From Cyanobacteria bacterium P01_C01_bin.120 (GTDB lineage Bacteria > Cyanobacteriota > Cyanobacteriia > Phormidesmidales > Phormidesmidaceae), in NCBI GenBank assembly GCA_039027715.1, contig JBCCJU010000004.1:80-64079 (forward strand): a DNA stretch of 64,000 nucleotides, given 5' to 3'. Below the pieces are notes generated by a model. That model was not told the DNA's origin. It saw nothing but the letters and a program-made list of their open reading frames with translations, and did not search any database. The position numbers were made by a program, and so were the translations under genes. Shown one piece after another: positions 28,963-39,006 of this stretch; position 1 is the first letter of the stretch, and every line of letters begins with the position of its first letter.

Positions 28963-30237
28963 TTAGCCGACCAGAGAAAGGGTGACGACCCAGAAGCCGA
29001 CTAAAAAGCCAGCAATGGTTGAGTAGGTGACAGTCCCGCCGCCGAGTTCGTAGGCTTCGGGCATCATGGTGCTCGAAAGCATGGCCAGAATGGCGCCGCC
29101 GGCCAGCGCTTGGGCAGAGCCCAGTACCCAGCCACTGGCAACCGTGCTGAGGAAGTTGCCGAGCATGGCCGTTAAGCCACACAGCAGCACAGCGCCCGCC
29201 CATAAGGTGAGAATGCGGCGAGCGGCGGTGCCAGCCTGCTGCATGCCGACGGAACTAGACAGCGCCTCTGGAATATTGGAAATAAAGACCGCCATCAAAA
29301 AAGAGCCGCTGATACTGCCGTTGCCCACGTTAAAGCCAATCACTAGGGCTTCGGGAATATTGTCCATTAGCGTGCCCACCAGGATGGCTAGCGGCGCCGA
29401 ACTTTTGGCGAGCTGCTGAATCTGCTGCTCAGATAGCGGAAAATCGACCTCGACACTATCGAGGACCTGCTGTCGCCATTGTCCTTCGGAGCGCTCACGA
29501 GCTTTAGCGGTGGATTGAGTGGTCTCGCGTAGTCGCCGCGCCAAAATGCGGCTGAGGCCGCTGGCCAGATGGGGTGATCGCGTCAACATCCCGTCAAAGT
29601 CTGACTTATCTAGCTCATAGAGCTTCATCGGGGTACGGGCAACCACACTGGCAGACCGTTCTTCGCCAGTGAGCAGCGCCATTTCACCAAACATCTCACC
29701 GGCCCCAAGCTGCGCCATTAGCTGTGGTCCTTTATAAATATCGGCTTCACCCGCCAGGATAATGAACATGGCGTCTCCCGCTGAGCCTTCTTGACAGAGA
29801 GTAGTACCAGGTTCGACGGTTAGCGGCTTGAGGAGAGGAATCATCGCCTGCACCTCTGAAGGCGAGAGGTTATGAAGCATTTCGACGTGGGCGATTTCGT
29901 CCAGCACCTCTGAGGTTTCTTCTTGTCGGTGGTGATAGAAAAATCGCCGTGAGGAAGAAGGATGGCGAATGAAGCCACCGCGATCGTCAATATAGTTGAT
30001 GATTAGGGTGAATAAAGCGCCGCCAATGGTGAATCCCACCAGCAGGGGCCAAAAACCGGCTTGCTCATAAACCGGCTGCGTGATGTCGAAGGCGATCGCG
30101 GCTAGCAGAGTACCACTGCCGAAAGCCATAATAGCTGCCGTAACAACTCGGCCTGGCTTCCAGCAAATACCCAAAATAGCGCCGATCAGTAAACTAGAAG
30201 CTCCTAAGAACCCCTGTAGTAATGCGGATAAGGGCAT
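28963..30237 (-). CDS. ZIP-family metal transporter with an internal cyclic-nucleotide-binding domain
   Basis: ZIP N-terminus (IMAFGSGTLLAAIAFD), cNMP domain (GEMFGEMALLTGEERSASV), then ZIP TM4/TM5 (DNIPE, SNIPE) and AGGAILAMLSSTMMPEAY. Confidence 0.9.
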   Translation of the reverse strand: MPLSALLQGFLGASSLLIGAILGICWKPGRVVTAAIMAFGSGTLLAAIAFDITQPVYEQAGFWPLLVGFTIGGALFTLIINYIDDRGGFIRHPSSSRRFFYHHRQEETSEVLDEIAHVEMLHNLSPSEVQAMIPLLKPLTVEPGTTLCQEGSAGDAMFIILAGEADIYKGPQLMAQLGAGEMFGEMALLTGEERSASVVARTPMKLYELDKSDFDGMLTRSPHLASGLSRILARRLRETTQSTAKARERSEGQWRQQVLDSVEVDFPLSEQQIQQLAKSSAPLAILVGTLMDNIPEALVIGFNVGNGSISGSFLMAVFISNIPEALSSSVGMQQAGTAARRILTLWAGAVLLCGLTAMLGNFLSTVASGWVLGSAQALAGGAILAMLSSTMMPEAYELGGGTVTYSTIAGFLVGFWVVTLSLVG

Positions 30238-30304
30238 AGATCGGTAAGGCTCACAAGCTTAAGATAAACCCGCAAGCCGAAATTTAAACACCTTTTTTAC
30301 GAAT

Positions 30305-30772
30305 CTAAGGCGCCAGCGGCGAGTCACGGCTAGCAATGGGCAGTGCTGCACTGCGCCAACCGCGCATATCTCCTTCAAGGGTCAAAACTTGCTGAAAACC
30401 AGCCTGCTCTAACGTTCTTTCGGCAATGGCCGCTCGCACGCCAAGCTCGCAGTACACGACAACTTTTGCCTGATTGAAGGCAGCCAACTCAGCCAAACGG
30501 TCAGGAATTTCTCGATGGGGAAAATTGACGGCACCGGGAATATGACCAGCCGCATACTCTGCTGGCGATCGCACATCTAATACCAGCGGTGCTCCATCCG
30601 TCTCCAGCGCTGCCATTAGCGCCTGAGGAGCAATCGACTCGGGCGCGGACCAGCCCATTTGGCCAAGCCACAATAGCGTCACTGCGATCGCGCCAATCAG
30701 CGGTATCCACAGACGAGGTTTTTTCCCAAAGGCGCGAAGCGTTTGCGAACGTAATGGCATCACCATGGGCAC
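30305..30772 (-). CDS. Rhodanese-like domain protein with N-terminal anchor
   Basis: LDVRSPAEYAAGHIPGA, VYCELGVRA, LEGDMRGW. Confidence 0.9.
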   Translation of the reverse strand: MPMVMPLRSQTLRAFGKKPRLWIPLIGAIAVTLLWLGQMGWSAPESIAPQALMAALETDGAPLVLDVRSPAEYAAGHIPGAVNFPHREIPDRLAELAAFNQAKVVVYCELGVRAAIAERTLEQAGFQQVLTLEGDMRGWRSAALPIASRDSPLAP

Positions 30773-30877
30773 CAGACAGCTTGTATACTGTGTCTCAGTT
30801 TAAGGCGAGTTTATAAAACTAATGTGAATTCGCTGAGTGCCAAATTTTGTTCGCTTGGGTCATTGACCCGTTAAGGT

Positions 30878-31435
30878 ATGACTTCTTCTCCGCGTCGCCG
30901 CCGTCGCCGACCGTCGCTATGGCGGCGCTTTCGCCAGCGCCCCAGCAGCCCCGATCGCCTGCCGTGGGCATGGGTCGTAATTACGGCCCTGCTTTATCTA
31001 TCCATGGGGCTGCTACTGGCCGCTTTTCCAGTGCCCTATTGGATTTGGAATTTGGCATTGGTGGGCATTGCGGCCCAAGCGCTGGCCTTAGCAGGACCAC
31101 GAGCCCTAAGCCGCCGCCCTTGGCTAGCGGCAAATCTGTTGGCGCTGTTAGCAATCATCGGTACTGTCCTGCTAGCGATCGCCTTGGGTATTTCGTTGGG
31201 CTTTGTCGGCACCGCTCAGCTCGATGAAGTTGCCATGAGCGGCACCACCTTTGAGGTGATCAGGATTGGTCTACTGGCCATTTTGGTGCCAGCAATTGGT
31301 GCGGTCATCGGCGCAGAAACCGGCGATCGTCTCCTCTATCGATTGAACCGCTGGCAAACGACGCTGGTGCTGGCAGCAACCTGCTGCGCCGGGATTGGCC
31401 TCGGTGGCGCCTTTGGCCTATTGATTGCCGGATAA
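30878..31435 (+). CDS. Hypothetical membrane protein
   Basis: Arg-rich N-terminus followed by 4-5 hydrophobic helices. Confidence 0.75.
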   Translation: MTSSPRRRRRRPSLWRRFRQRPSSPDRLPWAWVVITALLYLSMGLLLAAFPVPYWIWNLALVGIAAQALALAGPRALSRRPWLAANLLALLAIIGTVLLAIALGISLGFVGTAQLDEVAMSGTTFEVIRIGLLAILVPAIGAVIGAETGDRLLYRLNRWQTTLVLAATCCAGIGLGGAFGLLIAG

Positions 31436-31681
31436 GCGATAGCGAATCGGCCCTTTGCTGGCTGCAGGATCAATCACTGCGCCCTTCTGAGTCACCACAA
31501 TTTCACCGGCTTTGGCTAAGGTTGTGCCAACGGCCCTCACCTGCGGCATCAGCGATCGCCAATTATCGGATTTTAGCGCTCGCGCTACCTCAGACGGACA
31601 AATACTTTTGGCGGGTCCGCGTTTCTCCACTAGCCGCAGCAGACAGGCTTGAATTTCCTGATTAGAAACCGTCATTGCCAT
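31418..31681 (-). CDS. DUF3253 family small protein
   Basis: RGPAKSICPSEVARAL...WRSLMPQVR...KGPIRYR. Confidence 0.85.
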   Translation of the reverse strand: MAMTVSNQEIQACLLRLVEKRGPAKSICPSEVARALKSDNWRSLMPQVRAVGTTLAKAGEIVVTQKGAVIDPAASKGPIRYRLSGNQ

Positions 31682-31758
31682 ATCTCATTTCTGGTGAGAG
31701 CCAAAGACCTTTTTTAAGCATTTGCTGTGACTATTCGGGATTTTTACGCTGACGACTG

Positions 31759-32640
31759 TCACGGCTCAAGATTTTGAACGCCCAAGAAATCAGCCATGTA
31801 GCGATTCACTAGCTCAGGATATTCCTGTGGCACCCAATGGCCGCAGTTGGGAATATATCGCAGGTGAAAGTCGCGCACGTAGTCTTCGGTCCCTTTGACA
31901 AGACTGTTTTCAAAGGCAGGATCATTTTCTCCCCATATCAGCAGTGTGGGCACTTCCAGCACGGGCCATTCAGTCTGAGCGAATGCCGCTGACCATAAAT
32001 TGCGATAGTAATTGAGTCCCGCCTGCAGCGCTCCGGGACGCGCGATCGCGTTTCTGAACGCTTGCACATCGGCTGGCGTGATGGCGCTGCGATTGACCGC
32101 CATAGCATCAAAGGCGCGATCGATAAACTGATAGTTGTTGGCCGACAGCACCCACTCTGGTAGCCACGGCAGTTGAAAAAATCCCATGTACGCACTGCGT
32201 AGCCACTGCATAGGCAGCCTAAAGCCCTCTAAAAACCGCTGTGGGTGCGGACAGTTGAGCACAATGAGCTTAGCAACCTGAGCTGGGTGCGCATAAGCCA
32301 TGCTCCACGCAATGCCACCGCCCCAGTCGTGACCCACCAGATAGCACTGCTCGTGCCCTAAAGTGGTGATCAATTCAGAAACATCTTTGACCACTGTGGG
32401 AATGGCGTAGTCACTGACGGCAGTCGGCTTGTCGCTGTCGTTATAGCCCCGCAGGTCAATGGCGACGACGGTGAAGTGTTCGGCAAATACCGGAATTTGA
32501 TGTCGCCAGGTGTACCAAAATTCTGGAAAGCCATGCAAAAACAGCAGCAGTGGCCCTTGACCTTGAGTCACATAATGCAGCCGCACGCCGTTACTGTGAA
32601 CAAATTGATGCTGTAGTGTAGCTGATCCGAAAGCCGCCAT
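31759..32640 (-). CDS. Alpha/beta hydrolase (epoxide hydrolase-like)
   Basis: LHGFPEFWYTWRHQ, GHDWGG, LIWGEND, GHWVPQE. Confidence 0.93.
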   Translation of the reverse strand: MAAFGSATLQHQFVHSNGVRLHYVTQGQGPLLLFLHGFPEFWYTWRHQIPVFAEHFTVVAIDLRGYNDSDKPTAVSDYAIPTVVKDVSELITTLGHEQCYLVGHDWGGGIAWSMAYAHPAQVAKLIVLNCPHPQRFLEGFRLPMQWLRSAYMGFFQLPWLPEWVLSANNYQFIDRAFDAMAVNRSAITPADVQAFRNAIARPGALQAGLNYYRNLWSAAFAQTEWPVLEVPTLLIWGENDPAFENSLVKGTEDYVRDFHLRYIPNCGHWVPQEYPELVNRYMADFLGVQNLEP

Positions 32641-32875
32641 GGGCGATCGCCAAACTCTATTCACACTATAGCGATCTATTTATGCTGCTATCTGAGCAGC
32701 GGTTTTTCCAGCGTCATCAGCGGGGATGGGTTAGGGCTGTGACTTTGCTCAGCACTCCATAGTCGAGAACTTCTGTCTACTTTGATCCCCATATGCTCTC
32801 TCTTGGGCGACTCGCCACGCTGTCCTGCCGCGTTTTTCCCTAATATTGAGAGAAGGCTATTAATAATCTCTCCGC

Positions 32876-33937
32876 ATGAACGATTTTGCTGCTTCCCTGT
32901 CGTCGACCAACCTCGCAGTCCATCGCATCTTAGATGCTAATCTCGATCGCGCCCGTGAAGGTCTGCGGATTTTGGAAGACTGGTGTCGTTTTGGCTTGAA
33001 TCACCATGACTGGACGGAAAAGTTCAAGCATTTACGCCAAAGCCTTGGTCAATGGCATACGGCAGAACTGCGAGCCGCACGAGACACCCCCAACGACACA
33101 GGCGTCACCTTAACCCATCCCCAAGAGACCGTTCGCCGAGATGTCACTCAAGTATTGCAGGCCAACTTTTGCCGTGTCCAAGAAGCGCTGCGATCGCTCG
33201 AGGAATATGGCAAAATTCATCGTCCAGAGATGGCTGCCGCCTGCAAACAGTGGCGCTACCAAGTTTATGGGCTGGAAAGCGAGATTATGGGCCACCAGCG
33301 GTTTCAGCAGCTATACAAGGCGCGACTTTATTTGGTGACGTCGCCGTCGCCTGACCTGTTGCCCATTGTGGAAGCGGCCTTGAAGGGAGGCTTGCCGTTG
33401 GTGCAATACCGCGAGAAACAGGGCGACGACTGCGATCGCATTTTGATTGCTCAGGCGCTTAAAGCGCTGTGCCAAAAATATGGCGCGCTGTTTTTGATTA
33501 ATGATCGCGTTGATTTAGCCCTAGCTGTAGATGCTGATGGCGTGCATTTGGGTCAGCAGGATTTGCCTATTGCGACCGCGCGACAGCTGTTGGGCCGCCA
33601 CCGGATTATTGGTCGCTCAACCACGAATCCGGAGGAAATGGCTAAAGCTCTGGCAGAAGGCGCCGACTATATCGGCGTTGGTCCGGTTTATGCGACACCG
33701 ACCAAGCCCGATAAAGCCGCTGCTGGGCTCGACTACGTACGCTATGCGGCGGCTAATTCTCCTGTGCCCTTCTTTGCCATTGGGGGTATCGATGAGCAAA
33801 ACCTAGCGGCAGTCATGGCGGCGGGCGGCGATCGCGTGGCCGTAGTCCGAGCACTCATGCAGGCAGATGATCCCACCGTCAAGAGTCGGCAGCTCAGGGC
33901 TCAGCTAGAAGCAATCAACACCCCAATTACTGCCTGA
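32876..33937 (+). CDS. thiE: Thiamine-phosphate synthase (cyanobacterial long form)
   Basis: RILDANLDRAREGLR N-terminal domain, INDRVDLA, GVHLGQ, TPTK, FAIGGI. Confidence 0.96.
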   Translation: MNDFAASLSSTNLAVHRILDANLDRAREGLRILEDWCRFGLNHHDWTEKFKHLRQSLGQWHTAELRAARDTPNDTGVTLTHPQETVRRDVTQVLQANFCRVQEALRSLEEYGKIHRPEMAAACKQWRYQVYGLESEIMGHQRFQQLYKARLYLVTSPSPDLLPIVEAALKGGLPLVQYREKQGDDCDRILIAQALKALCQKYGALFLINDRVDLALAVDADGVHLGQQDLPIATARQLLGRHRIIGRSTTNPEEMAKALAEGADYIGVGPVYATPTKPDKAAAGLDYVRYAAANSPVPFFAIGGIDEQNLAAVMAAGGDRVAVVRALMQADDPTVKSRQLRAQLEAINTPITA

Positions 33938-33975
33938 ATTAATTCGACTAGAATTTTTCCCATTTTGGCGTGAGT

Positions 33976-34188
33976 ATGACTATCCCCATCCAACTACAAG
34001 TGAACGGCGAAGCTGCTCAATGTGCGCCGCAAACGCTGCTGCCTGATTATTTACAGCAGCGAGGCTTAAATCCACGGCTAGTAGCAGTGGAATATAATGG
34101 CGAAATTTTGCATCGCCAATTCTGGGAAAAAACCTATTTGCAAGCGGGCGATCGCCTGGAAATTGTCACCATTGTTGGTGGTGGCTAA
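33976..34188 (+). CDS. thiS: Sulfur carrier protein ThiS
   Basis: VAVEYNGEIL...LEIVTIVGGG C-terminus, located directly after thiE. Confidence 0.95.
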   Translation: MTIPIQLQVNGEAAQCAPQTLLPDYLQQRGLNPRLVAVEYNGEILHRQFWEKTYLQAGDRLEIVTIVGGG

Positions 34189-34268
34189 ATTTAGTCAGAA
34201 GGCCATCTCTGAGTTGTGAGATGAATCGACCCGTTACTAGACATCAGGATGAGGCTGGGACGTAACCG

Positions 34269-34604
34269 CTAGCTTTTGGTAAAGCCCAATCCATTTTGCT
34301 CTGCATAACGATTCATAAAACGCATAAAGCGATCCCATTCAACCTGATTCTTCATGACGAAGAGTGCTTCGATGCCCGCCGGCTTGCCGTCAACAAACTT
34401 GCCCTTAACCTCGCGGGTAGAAAGCTCGCCTTCTTCGTCCACCATATACATGCCCGTGATTTCGACCCCTTCGTCTTCCGACAAGGCTTTGGGTTTGTCG
34501 AAGTAAAAGGTGGCGGTACCGTCGAGACCATCCGGCGATCGCGTCAACCGAACGTCAGGAATAATTTCTTCGACAACACCGCGAGCAAATTCGATATGAG
34601 CCAT
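34269..34604 (-). CDS. psb28: Photosystem II assembly protein Psb28
   Basis: [39 protein letters not shown]. Confidence 0.97.
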   Translation of the reverse strand: MAHIEFARGVVEEIIPDVRLTRSPDGLDGTATFYFDKPKALSEDEGVEITGMYMVDEEGELSTREVKGKFVDGKPAGIEALFVMKNQVEWDRFMRFMNRYAEQNGLGFTKS

Positions 34605-34870
34605 AAGTCGGGTCGAACCTTATGCAAACGTTAAACTTTTACTATCTCATTCAGCGGTGAGATTTTGATCCGCCAATGGAACGAAAATTTCAAGAAATGG
34701 CTACAGGCTTAGTTACGCTTGATCCCCTGGATAACCTATCGGTCTTTTGTCAGTTTAAAGCATTGCTTCGCCGCAGTCGTCATAGAACCGACGCTTTAGC
34801 CGCGGGGCATGTCATCAATTAAAACTGGAAGCGCTAAAAATGGGCGATCGCCTCAACCAGTGGCGCCCAT

Positions 34871-35881
34871 CTATCGGACAAACGAAGGCATCACTTCAGC
34901 GGCGGTATAAAGTCCCGTTTGGCCGCGCTGATGCAGTGCCACACCAGCTTTGAGATAGCCAAAAGCCGGGCCGCAAACGTTAGCTGCCATGCTGGTCTCA
35001 TCACCTAGGGTAAACGTATGGGTAGACAGTTTGCCCTCAAACGTACGTCCCGTTACTTTTACGTTAGTGCTCAGCGGTTTCTTAGGATTGCGAGTGTCCA
35101 CAATGCCACCCACCGTGACCTGATCGCGATCGCAAATACCCGCTAGTTCCAGCATCAAATCATCGGCGTGCTCCATATTTTCAAGCTGCAGAATACCGCC
35201 AGTGCGATCAAGCAGCGCTGCAACCTCAGCGTCGGTCATCGCCCGAGCCGCATCGACATCATACTCAGGCATATGGGCAATATCTTCGCGGATGGTGGCG
35301 CGATAAGCCTCCCAGTTGGCAATGCCGACGCCAAATGTGATCTTGACGCTGTGGATTTTGGTGTAGCTCTGCGCTGCGATGGCAGCGGCGGCGGTCAATA
35401 GTCCCGGCGTGGCACCACAGCCAGTCATATAAGTGATCCCCGCTGCCTGTAGGGCGACTCGCAGTTCCCAAATTTGCGCCATGGCGCTGGTGCGCTTAAG
35501 CGCATCTACCAGCACGCCTTTCCACCCAGACTCAATAAACTGCTGGACGACCGATGCCATGAAGGTGTTAGGCAAATTGGGCAGCGCTAAAAAATAGCCC
35601 TGTACGCCAGGGGCGGCTGTAATCAGGTCGTGGATGCTTTGCTGGCTCAGGACACCACCTGGCTCGACATAACCTACCGACCCGCGATCGCGATAGGTCT
35701 CAATACAGTGCTGCGGGACCAATCCGCGATCGTCATAGACATAGCCTTGTTTATCCGCCGCCGCCACTAAAATCATTTCGGTTTTGGGCATCAGCACCCG
35801 CGTTGCGGCTTGTCCCAAGCCTCCAAACCCAAGAACTCCAACAGCAATAGCAGACATAGACGACGGCTTTTGAACATTCAT
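34871..35881 (-). CDS. bioU: (S)-8-amino-7-oxononanoate synthase BioU (biotin synthesis)
   Basis: [38 protein letters not shown] and [18 protein letters not shown] match cyanobacterial BioU as I recall it. The start is uncertain. Confidence 0.88.
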   Translation of the reverse strand: MNVQKPSSMSAIAVGVLGFGGLGQAATRVLMPKTEMILVAAADKQGYVYDDRGLVPQHCIETYRDRGSVGYVEPGGVLSQQSIHDLITAAPGVQGYFLALPNLPNTFMASVVQQFIESGWKGVLVDALKRTSAMAQIWELRVALQAAGITYMTGCGATPGLLTAAAAIAAQSYTKIHSVKITFGVGIANWEAYRATIREDIAHMPEYDVDAARAMTDAEVAALLDRTGGILQLENMEHADDLMLELAGICDRDQVTVGGIVDTRNPKKPLSTNVKVTGRTFEGKLSTHTFTLGDETSMAANVCGPAFGYLKAGVALHQRGQTGLYTAAEVMPSFVR

Positions 35882-36272
35882 GGTGACATCCCTAACGACT
35901 TCACAGTCCAACATTATGAGGCGATTCAGCAGACTTCACTCAAGCAATTCATCACTTCAGCCAATCTGCAAAGCAACTTGACCGACTGCATCTCATTTTG
36001 TGAAGAACTGCAAAGTTTTTTGGACGAAAACCTTGCAAATTCGTGAGTCGCATTCTACGAATTACCATTTGTTGGTTGACGCTTTCTGGCATATTGCGTA
36101 ACACTTACGCTAGTTTGGAGTAAGTACTCTCGCCGTCAATAATTTGCATAAACTTTTGCTATGAGATGGTTCACTGTTGCTTCGGGATGCTTAGTAAAAT
36201 AAAGTTGCATAATGGCTTTTGGCTAGCATTAGGCTTTCAGGTTTATACAGTTTTTCATTCCTCAAGTGCTAT

Positions 36273-36491
36273 ATGGAAACCTTGGAATTCATCATCTACC
36301 CCGACGGTCGCGTCAAGGAGATGGTGACTGGTGTTGTCGGCAAGTCTTGCGAGGAAATTACTCACAGGATTGAGCAACAGCTTGGAAATGTGGTTAGTCG
36401 TGAAAACACGTCTGACTATTATGGTCAGGTAATTCAACAAGCTTCGTCGGAAGATGTGCAGGCTCAAGAAGCCTATAGTGATTGGGGATAG
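36273..36491 (+). CDS. DUF2997 family protein
   Basis: METLEFIIYPDGRVKEMVTGVVGKSC...IEQQLG. Confidence 0.88.
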   Translation: METLEFIIYPDGRVKEMVTGVVGKSCEEITHRIEQQLGNVVSRENTSDYYGQVIQQASSEDVQAQEAYSDWG

Positions 36492-36521
36492 TTCAATAAA
36501 ATTCGTTTAATTGCGGTTAAC

Positions 36522-36911
36522 ATGTCACACTTTAGCCAAATTCGGACCAAGATTCGTAATCTTTCTTCTCTCCAGGCAGCCTTAACTGATCTTGGAATTG
36601 ATTGGAAGTCCGGTCCTGCGCCGATTCGTGGATATCAAGGCAAGACTGAAGCTGCTGAAATCGTGATAGAGCAGTCTAATGGCTTTGACATTGGTTTTCG
36701 GTTGAATCCTGAAACTCAGAGTTATGAGTTGGTTGGTGATTTGCAGTACTGGCAGCAATCGCTTTCGGTTGATGGTTTCATCAATCAGGTCAGCCAGCGC
36801 TATGCTTTTCGCACGGTGATGGAAGCCACTTCCGAGCAGGGATTTCAGGTGTCTGAGCAGGCGACTACTGAAGATGGCGCAATCCGTCTGGTTGTTCAGC
36901 GCTGGTCTTAG
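36522..36911 (+). CDS. ycf35: DUF1257 family protein (Ycf35)
   Basis: MSHFSQIRTKIRNL, DIGFR, YELVGDLQYW, QRYA. Confidence 0.9.
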   Translation: MSHFSQIRTKIRNLSSLQAALTDLGIDWKSGPAPIRGYQGKTEAAEIVIEQSNGFDIGFRLNPETQSYELVGDLQYWQQSLSVDGFINQVSQRYAFRTVMEATSEQGFQVSEQATTEDGAIRLVVQRWS

Positions 36912-36932
36912 GTTGTATCAACAAGGAATCCC

Positions 36933-37430
36933 ATGCCTCAATATTTTGATGAGGCCTTTTCAGACGACGTTGACGAGAATTTGGAATCCTCTCCCAGTGG
37001 GTTTGAGCCTGAGTTAGGTGGTGATCTGGGTGGCTCTTCTGAAGAACGCACTGGACTGGAGCCAGAGTTAGGAGGGACTGCGCGTCAGAAGGGCGTCTAT
37101 GTCGACGAGTTGACCTGTGTGGGCTGCTGGAACTGTGCCTTAGTTGCCCGCAACACTTTTTATATGGAACCTGATCACGGTCGTGCTCGGGTCATTCGGC
37201 AGGATGGTGATCCTGAAGAGGTGATTCAAGAAGCGATCGATACCTGTCCGGTTGATTGTATTCACTGGACTGACTACACAGAAATTAAAAATTTAGAGAG
37301 AGAGAGACAGGAACAAGTTGTTCCAGTTGTCGGTTTTCCGGTAGAAAAGGCGATAATCAATGCGGAACGGCGTCGACAGCAGCGCCGTCGCGCCCGTGAA
37401 AAATCTAGGAGGCGCTCCAACAAATATTGA
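36933..37430 (+). CDS. Ferredoxin-domain protein (single 4Fe-4S/3Fe-4S)
   Basis: VYVDELTCVGCWNC...AIDTCPVDCI, with an acidic N-terminus containing a duplicated EPELGG. Confidence 0.9.
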   Translation: MPQYFDEAFSDDVDENLESSPSGFEPELGGDLGGSSEERTGLEPELGGTARQKGVYVDELTCVGCWNCALVARNTFYMEPDHGRARVIRQDGDPEEVIQEAIDTCPVDCIHWTDYTEIKNLERERQEQVVPVVGFPVEKAIINAERRRQQRRRAREKSRRRSNKY

Positions 37431-37789
37431 TGGCTGAACATTTCTGATTCCTGAGTTAAATCAGCAGTCAAGCGTTGGTATCCGCGAAGGCACTGTAATA
37501 AAAGCCAGGGCATGGGCGGTTTGCTTCTTTGCACCTTTCTTAATTGCTTGACACTGACAGTAAACAGTTTGATGGCTGCAGTATTTCTTTAAGTTTGCAC
37601 AGTGATCTGCTTAAGAGGCGTCCTAATTTGAAACAGGTGTTTTTGAGATAGGCATTATCGTGTCTACTTGAGGGGCGTAAATAAAGGCTGGAATTCTGCA
37701 TTGCCATAGCATTAGAGATCTGACTGATGGCTGCTGTTTGCGCTTTAGGTGGGTTATTTAAGTGCAGATCCCTCAAGTTGAGCGGTTGC

Positions 37790-38572
37790 CTATCTGGAGG
37801 TTGTGGACTCTAAGGGATACAGGCTGACACCCTGACGAATATAGCCCTCGGCTTCAGGCTCCGTCAATTTGCTGGCGAGCAGCAAAGAACGCTCCGTTTT
37901 GAGCTGATGGCAAGCCTGGCGCAACCCAGTCAAGATTTCACCAAAGCGACCGCTGCTGTGGCTGATCATCAGAGGGACTTGCTGCCAGATTCCATGAAAA
38001 CAGCGAGGCGCATCTTGGGGATAGTGGTCGGTATATTGCAGCGTGTAGGTGCCATCGCTGTAGCACCGTGTACGAAACCAACGCTGGAACGGCAGCCCAA
38101 GATGCCCCTGCGGCTCTAATGTATCCCACCAGGAGCGATGCCAAGCCTCCCACGGCAGTTGCAAAATTCGCTGAATTTGCTCTTCATCGAAGCCTCCATG
38201 TTGTAGCAGCGCGATCGCTTCAGATAAATTGACGCGCCACGCCAAAGTTTTTAAGTCAGATTGACAGCGAGTCAGCGCTTGCAGATCCCGCATCGCAAAA
38301 TCGCTACCGGAGGGGGCGCCAGCAGCCGGCATACACCAAATCTGCTCATATTCAATCACTGCATCAATGTGCTCTAGCCCGGTTATCCCAGCCGGTGGCC
38401 CAATCGCAATCCGAACTTGCCCAATTTGGTGAGGGCGAGCGATCGCTGATGAGCAGTCAGCTAATAAAGACTTCAGCATATCTTCGTTCGCCAGTGCGAG
38501 ATTCAACTGCACCTGATTGCGATCGAACCTTGAAATACTTGCGTCGAGATGCATAAGGTCAGAAGAAATCAT
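37790..38572 (-). CDS. Hypothetical protein
   Basis: 260-aa ORF filling the gap, with typical composition and HIP1 sites. No family recognised. Confidence 0.75.
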   Translation of the reverse strand: MISSDLMHLDASISRFDRNQVQLNLALANEDMLKSLLADCSSAIARPHQIGQVRIAIGPPAGITGLEHIDAVIEYEQIWCMPAAGAPSGSDFAMRDLQALTRCQSDLKTLAWRVNLSEAIALLQHGGFDEEQIQRILQLPWEAWHRSWWDTLEPQGHLGLPFQRWFRTRCYSDGTYTLQYTDHYPQDAPRCFHGIWQQVPLMISHSSGRFGEILTGLRQACHQLKTERSLLLASKLTEPEAEGYIRQGVSLYPLESTTSR

Positions 38573-39006
38573 CTTGCTACCTGATGTAACGACTGCTTAA
38601 AGCAAAGCCGCCGAGTCAACGAATCTCATCATCATCTGGCGGCTATGGAGCTAAATTAACCGTGCCATGACTCTACAAAGAGCGCCATCTTACGTCTCCT
38701 ACCAGTTAACGCCAAGCATGGAGAAATGTCGTGGCTGGCTCAACAAACTTTGCGCTTGTTCTAAAAACGCAACAACTCTATGGCAAGCATTGAGCAGATG
38801 AGGGTATTAGTGATATGCGGCAAATGTCCGTTTGCCTATACGGCACAATCGCTAAGGATCTCTGTTCCCGGTTCTGCGCTAGCCATTTTGACCTTTCCCC
38901 TGCCTGCTGGCGCCATCTCTGCCCGACAGGAGATGACGGCAATGGGAGCAAAGCTTAACTTGCGAGAGATAAGCGAGCGAGGCTCGTTCAAGTAAAGGTA
39001 AGCTCC

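Noticed and set aside
32665-32875. TPP riboswitch upstream of thiE
   Set aside because: The conserved GCUGAGA and CUGAU...AAU...GCG.AGGGA elements are absent.
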